Source: a virus
Virus record (IMG/VR): IMGVR_UViG_3300042923_000502
Span: 64,001-128,000 of that record
DNA length: 64,000 bases
Reading direction: 5' to 3' (one strand)
Shown: piece by piece, positions 51,949 through 60,438 of the stretch
Layout: every line of letters starts with the position of its first letter
How positions within the stretch are numbered: the stretch's first letter is position 1
Made by a program: the position numbers and the translations under genes
Notes under the pieces: generated by a model
What the model saw: only the letters and a program-made list of their open reading frames with translations
What the model was told of the DNA's origin: nothing
Databases searched by the model: none

Positions 51949-52833
51949 ATGAGTAAGTATGATCTAATATATGCACAACAAGTACAAGAAATAATTGATA
52001 ATGGAATATATGATACGGATCAAGTCGTAAGAACTAAATGGGCTGATGGAACTCCAGCTCATACAAAAGGGATTATCTCTCATAAGATTGTATTAAATGA
52101 ACATGAAGATGAAGTACCACTTCTTACAACAAAAAGAGTAGCATGGAAGATGGCAATCCATGAATTGTTGTGGTTCTATGTTAAACGTACAAGTGATGTA
52201 ACTTATTTGCGTGAAAACAATGTTAAGATTTGGGAAGAGTGGACACGTGAAGACAATACAATAGGTAAAGCATATGGATACCAATTAGGCAAAGAGCTTC
52301 AAATTGGAGAAACAGTAGAACAACTTGATATTAGTGCAAAGATAACTGTTCCTGTGTTTGGTAGCAATCAAGTGCACAAACTTATTGAAGGTATCAAGAG
52401 TGATCCAGCATCACGAAGACACATTATTTCATTATGGAATATTGATGATGCATGGGACATGAGCTTGCAACCTTGTGTATGGCACAATCAATGGCTTGTC
52501 AAGCAAGGTAAATTGCATTTGATTGTTGGCATAAGATCAAATGATGTTGCCCTTGGTCAACCTTTCAATGTGTTTCAATACTATGTACTTCAACGTATGA
52601 TTGCACAAGTTACAGGATACGAAATGGGATCATTGACATTCAATGTGAATGATTGCCACATATATTCAAAGCATATTGAACCATTGCAAGAACAAATTAA
52701 TAGAGAGCCATTTAAAGCTCCTGTATTGTGGATAAATCCAACAATTAAGAACTTTGATGACTTTACTATCAATGATTTTATTCTTGATGGATATGAATAT
52801 CATCCTAGTATCCGCATGGAGGTTGCTATATAA
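51949..52833 (+). CDS. thyA: Thymidylate synthase
   Basis: LLTTKR, ELLWF, SRRH, LQPC, RSND, PFN, HIY. Confidence 0.95.
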   Translation: MSKYDLIYAQQVQEIIDNGIYDTDQVVRTKWADGTPAHTKGIISHKIVLNEHEDEVPLLTTKRVAWKMAIHELLWFYVKRTSDVTYLRENNVKIWEEWTREDNTIGKAYGYQLGKELQIGETVEQLDISAKITVPVFGSNQVHKLIEGIKSDPASRRHIISLWNIDDAWDMSLQPCVWHNQWLVKQGKLHLIVGIRSNDVALGQPFNVFQYYVLQRMIAQVTGYEMGSLTFNVNDCHIYSKHIEPLQEQINREPFKAPVLWINPTIKNFDDFTINDFILDGYEYHPSIRMEVAI

Positions 52834-53339
52834 TGCTTAATTTAATTGTAGCCTATGAAATTGACAAAAGGGGAATTGGAATCAACAATTCCCTTCCTTG
52901 GCACTTGCCAAGCGATTTAAAACGCTTCAAAGAACTTACCGAAGGTCATGCTGTACTAATGGGAAGTAAGACGTATGAAAGCATTGGCAAAGCATTGCCG
53001 AATAGAGAAAACATCATCTTGACACGCAATAGAGGTTATCGTGCGGATAATTGTTATATCATCAACTACTTGGCACAATTAGATGTCTACATGTCAATGA
53101 ATCCTGATAAAGATGTATTTGTAATAGGTGGAAGTGAGATTTACTCATTAATGCTTCCATATGTAGATAGGATGTATATTACAATGATAGACAATAAGTT
53201 TCATTGTGACTCATTCTTTAAGATAGGCGACGAAAAAGAATGGGAGAATTGGAATGTAACAAGTGCAACAAGACATTACCATGAAGGAGATCAGTGTCCT
53301 TACACATTCGTTGTATATGATAGGATTCTGAAACCTTGA
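52833..53339 (+). CDS. dfrA: Dihydrofolate reductase
   Basis: LPWHLPSDLKRFK, MGSKTYESIG, LPNR, VIGGSEIY. Confidence 0.95.
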   Translation: MLNLIVAYEIDKRGIGINNSLPWHLPSDLKRFKELTEGHAVLMGSKTYESIGKALPNRENIILTRNRGYRADNCYIINYLAQLDVYMSMNPDKDVFVIGGSEIYSLMLPYVDRMYITMIDNKFHCDSFFKIGDEKEWENWNVTSATRHYHEGDQCPYTFVVYDRILKP

Positions 53340-53364
53340 CAAATGACAGATAAAATAGTATAAT
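53336..53364 (+). promoter_or_regulatory. Consensus SigA promoter with motif in spacer
   Basis: TTGACA-aatgacagataaaatag-TATAAT. Confidence 0.85.
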
Positions 53365-54158
53365 ATAGGTATAATCCTATATAAACATAGGAGGTGTAAT
53401 ATCATAATAATCATAACGTGTATTTTAGTATATTTGCTGATAGGAATAATTATATCATTTAATGTTTTAGGATTCCCATATTCACTAGGAATGCTTGGAG
53501 AATTCATAGTGCATAGCATATTCTGGATTTTTATATACATTCCATGGGGAGACTTGTTTGAAGCTATATTAGATACTATTGATATTTTTGATTAATTACA
53601 CCATATATCTAAAAATGTGGTGGTGATAAAATGCATAGTTACTGGGAAAGTTCTGTAAAAGGTCATTTAGAAAGAGAAAAGAAAAAGCATCAAGAGAGAT
53701 TAAACAATAAGACAAACCATCCAAAAATAGAGGTGAAAACTATGGAGAAAAAAGTTAACAAGTATGATATTGGCGACATTGTTATCGTTAATGGTTATGA
53801 TGGAAAATATAAAGTTGTAGAGTGGTTTTATGAAATGTCATATAGTGCTGAAGAGGGTAAAATTGAAAATACTTATTACAATTTAGATGAAGTTGGAGGA
53901 AAGAAAAGATTTTTAGATGTAATGTATGAACATGAATTAGCACCTTCCAATGCTCCGATAATCATAGAAGATAAACAATCATTTGCCCTTAAAGATAGAA
54001 ATTCTCTTACTTCTGACGATATCAATAATCTTTTAGATGAATACAATAAGTTTATTGAGCTTCATAGTTTTATTACATCAAATGGAATAGTTGACAATTA
54101 TTACAAAGAAAGAGCCGAAGGAATATTAAAATTTCTGTCAAAATAACATATTTACCGT

Positions 54159-54192
54159 AACCCTACCTATATAATATAAGGTAGGGTTTTTT
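54159..54192 (+). terminator. Intrinsic terminator
   Basis: AACCCTACCT/AGGTAGGGTT plus T tract. Confidence 0.75.
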
Positions 54193-54330
54193 GTTGTTGA
54201 CAAGTGAATGATAATGTGATAAGATTCCAATATAACCCAAGAGAGACGGGTAAATGAGGTTGAAAAATACCTCTTGACAAATTATGCAAATGTAAGATAA
54301 AATGAAACTACATTGAGAAGGAGGAATAAT

Positions 54331-55008
54331 ATGGTTGAGAGTAGAGAGCTATTGCTTGAACAACAATTGTCCGTATTGGGATTCAATGACGCTTTACGTG
54401 CGCTTGATCTAATGCGCAAAGAGATGTGTGCCGAAAAAGGATTTACACGCCACAATGGAGAACATTATTACTATCATTTAGTAGATGTGACTCAAGACCT
54501 TATCAATCATGGAGTACGATACGAACCATGTATTGTTGCGGCGTTGCTTCATGATTATATGGAAGATGTTGCAGGTGTTACTTTTAGAATGATTGAAACA
54601 TTGTTTGGCACAGAAGTAGCCCAATACGTTTATCTTCTTAGTAAGAATCCCGAAATTGATTATCACAATAAAGAAAATATGATAGGATACCTTCAAGATA
54701 TTGGAGACTATCTTTGGACAGCATTAATCAAAACATCCGATAGAAAGCATAACTTTTCACAACTCAAGGATGCTTCATTTGAAAAGCGTATGAAGCAAGC
54801 AATTGAAACGGAGACATATTTCATTCCGGCATTCAAGGAATGGCGTAACAAGTTTCCGCGATATGCACCTTATTTCTTTGGAGCAAAGACATCTATTGAA
54901 CCTCACTTGTGGGCTATCAAAGAATATCATGCCGAAATTGAGAGACTTCAAGACAAGATATTTCACCTTGGAAGGAAGATCGAAGATTACCATTGTGATG
55001 TTTGCTAA
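54331..55008 (+). CDS. RelA/SpoT-type HD hydrolase (small alarmone hydrolase / Mesh1-like)
   Basis: R..GEHYYYH..DV, AALLHDYMED, FG.EVA..V..LSK, IK.SDRKHN. Confidence 0.85.
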   Translation: MVESRELLLEQQLSVLGFNDALRALDLMRKEMCAEKGFTRHNGEHYYYHLVDVTQDLINHGVRYEPCIVAALLHDYMEDVAGVTFRMIETLFGTEVAQYVYLLSKNPEIDYHNKENMIGYLQDIGDYLWTALIKTSDRKHNFSQLKDASFEKRMKQAIETETYFIPAFKEWRNKFPRYAPYFFGAKTSIEPHLWAIKEYHAEIERLQDKIFHLGRKIEDYHCDVC

Positions 55009-55031
55009 AATAAAATTGGAGGATGATAACA

Positions 55032-55385
55032 ATGATTAGAAACATTATTAACTTTTTTGTAATTGCGGCTTTGTTCTTCTTGGGAAACAAGTATTATCCT
55101 GAGTATATTTATGCTCAAGATACAAAGACATTGATTATTGCAACCATTACAATGTTCGTGATAGGAATTGTCGCTGGATTACTTGTTATTGCATTGTTTA
55201 TTGCTTTACCACCCATCGGATGTCTTTCGGTTATTGCATTAATCTTCATTGTTCCAATTCAATTAGCACTTACTTCTTACTATATTGACGGATTTGAAGT
55301 CAATGGATTTTGGACATATGTATTTTTATGGTTTGTAATCTCAATTTGTACTGTGAGAGTAAAAGTGAATACGGAAAATAAGTAG
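55032..55385 (+). CDS. Four-TM membrane protein (YvlD/holin-like)
   Basis: Four hydrophobic helices; GFEVNGFW. Confidence 0.6.
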   Translation: MIRNIINFFVIAALFFLGNKYYPEYIYAQDTKTLIIATITMFVIGIVAGLLVIALFIALPPIGCLSVIALIFIVPIQLALTSYYIDGFEVNGFWTYVFLWFVISICTVRVKVNTENK

Positions 55386-55414
55386 TTGACAAACTTACAA
55401 ATGTAAGATAAAAT
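55386..55414 (+). promoter_or_regulatory. SigA promoter whose -10 is the TAAAAT of the motif
   Basis: TTGACA-aacttacaaatgtaaga-TAAAAT. Confidence 0.75.
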
Positions 55415-55467
55415 AAAAAGGTAAGGCTAAGTCATTAAACTAAACTATTAAAAGGTGGAACTTCAAA

Positions 55468-55941
55468 ATGACAAACGTATCTACTAAAAAACATGTAAAG
55501 CACACAAATGCAGTAAATCAAGATGAAAGCATCTTTCAAATGTTTGATGCAGGAATTGATGATGAAGTTATTGCTCAGTCATGGAATTTAGCAATTGGAT
55601 ACATTAAAAATGGATACAAATCAAAGTGGAGAAAAGCTAGAGGTAAAGCTAGAAAATCTCCGGTTCGTGGAGCTATTCGGAATATTGTAAAGACTGAAAA
55701 AGAGATTGTTAAGATTGAGCACAAATTATTTGATCTCGAAAAACTGGAGAAAATGAAGGGAAATTCAAGAACATTGTTTGTTGTAATTGGTGGGGAAAAT
55801 GGACAAAAATATCCTGTAAATAGTATCACTACCAATGAAGTAGAGATTTGGGATACTGGCAAAGATGAATTGTTTGTTCTTACAAAAATCTCTGCAAAGG
55901 AGTTTCAAGAAGGAGAGTATTATTTCTCGAAAAAGCAATAA
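55468..55941 (+). CDS. Putative HTH DNA-binding protein
   Basis: IFQMFDAGIDDEVIAQSWNLAIGYI followed by a basic tract. Confidence 0.5.
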   Translation: MTNVSTKKHVKHTNAVNQDESIFQMFDAGIDDEVIAQSWNLAIGYIKNGYKSKWRKARGKARKSPVRGAIRNIVKTEKEIVKIEHKLFDLEKLEKMKGNSRTLFVVIGGENGQKYPVNSITTNEVEIWDTGKDELFVLTKISAKEFQEGEYYFSKKQ

Positions 55942-55985
55942 CAAATGTAAGATAAAATAAAAGAACATAAGAGAGGATGTTTTAA

Positions 55986-57404
55986 GTGTTGCAAGATATC
56001 TTTAGAAACCCCGTAGATATGACGGATTGTTACAACCTTTCCCATCCAGAACTTAAAGAGAATTTGGATTGGGAAGTGTCTCATATGTACAATCGTGATG
56101 ACTCTCAAGGATATGGCGGTATGTATCTTTATGGGCTCTCCGAAATTGTTAACCGTATTCTGTCTATCAAAATTGAAAAATGGATGATTGATGAAGCAAG
56201 CGACAATGCAAAAAGTATGGGTCTTTGGTTCCCATATAAAATGTGGATGCGTGTAGTCAAAGAATGTAATGGATATGTTCCACTTCATGTTGAAAGTGTG
56301 CCAGAAGGAACTTGGTGTCCTAATGGAACTCCTTTTGCACAAATCTCTAACACTGTAGAAGGATTCGGAGACTTTGTAACATGGTATGAAGGTGTATTCA
56401 TGATGGCTTACTTTGCTTCTGCTTGTCTTACCGAAGCAATGAAAATGCGTGAATATATCGTTTATCGTAAAAATCAATTCGGTTATGATGATTCCTTCAT
56501 GTGGAGATTTCACGACTTTGGATTCCGTTCCCATCGTTCTCCAGAAGATTCCTATTGGGCTTCTACCGCATGGAACATGGCATTGCAAGGTACGGACACA
56601 TTCCATAGTAAGAAGCACACTCCAAAGGCTAACGTTGGAAGTATTCCAGCTCAAGCTCATAAGGTAACTCAACAATTTGACAGAGAGTTTGACAGCTTCA
56701 AGAGAGCTATTGACAAAGCTCATGAACATGGTGGACACACCGTATCTCTCTTGATCGACACTTATGATTCTAATCGCTTCATTAGAGAGTACCTATTGCC
56801 ACTCGCAATCTATGCATTCGATAAAGGTCTTAAAATTAGTTGTCGTCCAGATAGTGGTCAGACATGGGAACAAGCAGTAGATATTTACAAGATTGTTAAG
56901 AAAAACAATTTGACGAATGTATCCGTTCTTATTGGTGAGAATATGAGCTTTACCAATGCTAAGAAGTGTGATGAATACATGCTTGAGAATGGCGTTCCAC
57001 TTAACTTTATTCTTTATGGTATTGGTGGTGGATTCCATAAACACATTGATCGTGATACACATGGATGGGCTATGAAAACGGCTTTCTCCAATGGTAAGCC
57101 ACGCATGAAATTTTCCATGGTTCCACTCAAGCGCAGTATCCCAGGTGAAGTCGATCTTGTAAGAAGAGGAAAAGACTTGTTTGTTATTCCAAGTTCGGAA
57201 AATGATAATTACGATGAAGATATTTTCAGAACGGTTTACTTCTTTGATCCAGTTGAACTAAATGAACCAGATATTTACGTTGCGGATTGGAATGAAACAA
57301 GAGAACGTGCATTGATTCAAGATACTTCTCAAACACGCATCTATCTTTCGGATGAAATTGTCAAATTGGTTGATGAATTTGAAAAAATTTATAGAAAGGG
57401 GTAA
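55986..57404 (+). CDS. nadV: Nicotinamide phosphoribosyltransferase (NAMPT/NadV-like)
   Basis: TDCY, VPEG, HDFGFRS, IDTYD, RPDSG, GIGG. Confidence 0.88.
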   Translation: MLQDIFRNPVDMTDCYNLSHPELKENLDWEVSHMYNRDDSQGYGGMYLYGLSEIVNRILSIKIEKWMIDEASDNAKSMGLWFPYKMWMRVVKECNGYVPLHVESVPEGTWCPNGTPFAQISNTVEGFGDFVTWYEGVFMMAYFASACLTEAMKMREYIVYRKNQFGYDDSFMWRFHDFGFRSHRSPEDSYWASTAWNMALQGTDTFHSKKHTPKANVGSIPAQAHKVTQQFDREFDSFKRAIDKAHEHGGHTVSLLIDTYDSNRFIREYLLPLAIYAFDKGLKISCRPDSGQTWEQAVDIYKIVKKNNLTNVSVLIGENMSFTNAKKCDEYMLENGVPLNFILYGIGGGFHKHIDRDTHGWAMKTAFSNGKPRMKFSMVPLKRSIPGEVDLVRRGKDLFVIPSSENDNYDEDIFRTVYFFDPVELNEPDIYVADWNETRERALIQDTSQTRIYLSDEIVKLVDEFEKIYRKG

Positions 57405-57409
57405 TAATT

Positions 57410-58060
57410 ATGGATCAATTCGGAATTATTGGCACAGCAAAAGATACTGCTTCAATTGCTAACATGCCACTTATTACTCCTAACAATAAACTCAAGCCTT
57501 TCAAGCTTGGGTTTATGTTGGGAAGGTTTCAGCATATTCATTTGGGACATGAAATGCTTATTCGTAAAGCAGCAAGTGTGTGTGACACGTTGATTGTTCT
57601 TGTAGGATCAGAACAAGCAAAAGGAACATTGAGAAATCCGTTTGATATTAATGTAAGGCTTGGACTTATTAGAAAGGTATTTAAAGATGACAAAAACATT
57701 ATCATATCATCTATTTCCGATTTGACTCATGAAGATGATCATAGTCAAGAGTGGTCTATTTTCTTGCTAAATAGATTAATGGAAGTTATTGATCACAATA
57801 AGATTAAGCAAAATCCTGACTTGTTTATTTACGGAGATGACGAAGAGAGAGCGTCTTGGTTTAAAGATGAAAATAACTTCTCAAAACTTATCATTACAAG
57901 AGAAACTATTGACATTAGCGCAACACGGCTTAGAGAGTATATCGTAAAGAATAATCGCTTCAAGTGGAGACAATATGTTAATCCACTCATTTATGACGAC
58001 TTTGATCTATTGAGAAAGAAATTGCTTGAAATCGAAGAATATAAGGAGATGGCAAACTAA
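57410..58060 (+). CDS. nadM: NMN adenylyltransferase (NadM-like)
   Basis: GRFQHIHLGH, VGS, RNPF, ISATRLR. Confidence 0.9.
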   Translation: MDQFGIIGTAKDTASIANMPLITPNNKLKPFKLGFMLGRFQHIHLGHEMLIRKAASVCDTLIVLVGSEQAKGTLRNPFDINVRLGLIRKVFKDDKNIIISSISDLTHEDDHSQEWSIFLLNRLMEVIDHNKIKQNPDLFIYGDDEERASWFKDENNFSKLIITRETIDISATRLREYIVKNNRFKWRQYVNPLIYDDFDLLRKKLLEIEEYKEMAN

Positions 58061-58608
58061 TGACAACAATTGTAGACAAGGATATTAAATATTCAGGTCG
58101 AATCTTTGAGGTCGAACAACGTAAAATTTTTCATGAAGGGCAGACGATTTATCGTGACGTTGTTACAAAGAACGATGTTGTAGTATGTCTTGTTCACAAT
58201 GAGGATAAAGACACGGTTGTATTGACATCGGAATATCGCGCAGGAACAAATCAAATTGAAGTTGGATTTGTTGCTGGAATTGTTGATGAAGGAGAATATC
58301 CTCACGCCGCAGCAATTAGAGAGGTTAATGAGGAAACAGGATATATCGTGTCATCTATTAGCTTTTTGGGAACAACGAATTCTTCCGCAGGATTTACGAA
58401 TGAAAAAGTTCATCATTTTATTGTTTTTGTACATGGAGAACCAGGAAGTCAAGATTTGGATCATGACGAGAATATTGATTTGCTTGAAATACCTTCACAT
58501 GATCTTGAAGAGCTGATTTTAAATGGTACAATCAAGGGAAATCATGCTCATGCAACACTTCTTAAAGCTATATTGTGCGGAGTAAAACTTAATAGAGAAG
58601 AGGGTTGA
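58060..58608 (+). CDS. Nudix hydrolase, ADP-ribose pyrophosphatase-like
   Basis: Nudix box GIVDEGE......REVNEETGY, SAGFTNE, LDHDE. Confidence 0.88.
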   Translation: MTTIVDKDIKYSGRIFEVEQRKIFHEGQTIYRDVVTKNDVVVCLVHNEDKDTVVLTSEYRAGTNQIEVGFVAGIVDEGEYPHAAAIREVNEETGYIVSSISFLGTTNSSAGFTNEKVHHFIVFVHGEPGSQDLDHDENIDLLEIPSHDLEELILNGTIKGNHAHATLLKAILCGVKLNREEG

Positions 58609-59353
58609 TATGTCAACTATTTACATTGACATTGAAGAAATTGTGAATGATCTTCAACAACAAGTGTTTGACAAGCATGGAATAAGAACAGATGTTCATA
58701 TTAAAGAAGGTGTAGGAATACTTGTTACACCTGAGAATGCACCTCTTGTTCATCGAAATGTTGTTCTTGCCATTCCTTGGCACGTACTGATGTTTGGCAA
58801 TATAACTATAAATTAAAAGGAGAATGTAAATGAAAGAATGGTGGTTTTACGCAACAGTTATGTCATTGCCTTGGTGGGCAACAATTTTATGGGTAGTATA
58901 TTTGATCTACTTCATCTATCGTGCATGTAAGATATGGGAATGGACAAATGATTATGGAATTGTTAAGGGGTATAGATACGTATTTCTTGGATACAAAGGA
59001 AAGGTTTTACGTCTATATCATTTGTTGATAATGATCTTTGACATTCCTCCAGCAATTCTAGGATTGTTCTTCCCAGTTATTAAGAAAGTATTCTCTTTCA
59101 AAATTTACGAATTTAAAGATAATAAAAAGGAGGACAAAGACAATGCTTGATTGGTTTAATAATTTAAATATTTTCATTAGAGTATTAATAGCGGTTTTTG
59201 CCTTGATCATTGCATATTTTGTAGTTGTGTTTTTGATCAAAGTACTGATTAACGTACTTATTGTAGTCATTGTAATTGCAGTTTTAGCAATTATCGGGTT
59301 GGCAATTTATAAATTATTAAAGAGTTTATAAGTAAAAGATAAAATAAAATATC

Positions 59354-59402
59354 TTGACAAATCTTAGGTGTTCTGATATAATGTCAGTACACCTAATTTT
59401 TT
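59354..59402 (+). promoter_or_regulatory. Overlapping SigA promoter and terminator hairpin
   Basis: TTGACA-17-TATAAT; the -10 lies in the loop of TTAGGTGTTCTGA/TCAGTACACCTAA followed by a T tract. Confidence 0.75.
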
Positions 59403-59421
59403 CTAAGAGGAGAAGATTAAT

Positions 59422-59583
59422 ATGGAAGAAGTTAAATATGATAAGTGTCCGTATTGTGGGAGCGAAGAAACAGAAATATATGTGGATCGCATTTGTACTC
59501 TTAGATATATAGAAATGAAGTGCAACGATTGTAAGAGACACTATATATGTCATTTTAAAAAAGTTATAGTAAGAATAAAATAA
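59422..59583 (+). CDS. Zinc-ribbon protein (53 aa, not in the ORF track)
   Basis: GAGGAG RBS; CPYC...CNDC. Confidence 0.7.
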   Translation: MEEVKYDKCPYCGSEETEIYVDRICTLRYIEMKCNDCKRHYICHFKKVIVRIK

Positions 59584-59691
59584 AGACAATTCAAGATGTC
59601 AACTTGAAAGCTATCAACTACTTACTTTAGAAGTTGAATAGCCAAGAGACAAATATAAATTAAAGGAAGTGAATCACAATATTAAAGGAGA

Positions 59692-60438
59692 ATGAAAATG
59701 ATCAAAAGAAATAGTGTAAGAACAGAGGATATTTGTTTCGAATATCTAAAAGAAAATGCTACGGTCAAAAGTGTATCAGAGATTTTTGGAATGCATTACG
59801 ATTCAGTTAGAAAAAGGCTTGTCAAGAGTGAGAACAAAGATGTGTTGAGTAAAATGAAGTATAATTCAACTAAATCTATAAAAAAGAATCCCTCTAAAAT
59901 AATTGAAATTAACGAGAATTCTTTTGGTATAGTTCCAAACAATAATAGCAAATCAATTCATACATTCCCTATTCGATTAAAATCTATAATGGAAAATATA
60001 GGTTGGTCGGAAGACAAATTTGGTTATTTATGTGGGAATATTGGTGGAAAGAAAATGAAAGGATATCTTTTGGTTGTTGGCTCTCCAATACATGATAATT
60101 ACGAAATAGACCATATAAATAATGATATTACCAATAACCTTGAAAATAATTTGAGAATCATCACTAGAGAACTAAATCTTCAAAATAAGCAAGTACCAAA
60201 AAATAATACATCAGGATTTAAAGGTGTAACTTACAACAAAAGAAAGAAAAAATGGGTTGCAACTATTAATATTAGCAAAACAAACTTTTTTCTAGGTTTA
60301 TTTGATAATAAGGAGGATGCCGCATGGACTAGACTTGATTTCAAATATAATTTATTCGGATTTGAATTCATGTCAAATATAGAATCATCTCAATACGTTA
60401 AATTATTAAATGAAAGGAATGGTGTTCATGAGGTATAA
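59692..60438 (+). CDS. HNH-AP2 homing endonuclease-like protein
   Basis: IDHINN...N...NLR; NNTSGFKGV...KWVA.I....LG.F...EDAA. Confidence 0.85.
   Translation: MKMIKRNSVRTEDICFEYLKENATVKSVSEIFGMHYDSVRKRLVKSENKDVLSKMKYNSTKSIKKNPSKIIEINENSFGIVPNNNSKSIHTFPIRLKSIMENIGWSEDKFGYLCGNIGGKKMKGYLLVVGSPIHDNYEIDHINNDITNNLENNLRIITRELNLQNKQVPKNNTSGFKGVTYNKRKKKWVATINISKTNFFLGLFDNKEDAAWTRLDFKYNLFGFEFMSNIESSQYVKLLNERNGVHEV

Noticed and set aside
53631-54146. Sixth member of the GDKVxP family
   Set aside because: Shares only a generic YxIGDxV start; it lacks QxFLYV and the downstream palindrome.
55032-55385. Holin of a lysis cassette
   Set aside because: No endolysin is nearby and the context is early/metabolic.
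55920-56738. 272-aa minus-strand ORF (also 33774-34448, 18395-18844 and other minus ORFs)
   Set aside because: Shadows of well-supported + strand genes, with no recognisable motifs.
55986-57404. NARP1-type Namat
   Set aside because: No Prs-like Adps gene in the window, and the neighbour is an NMNAT, which fits NAMPT better. Not excluded biochemically.
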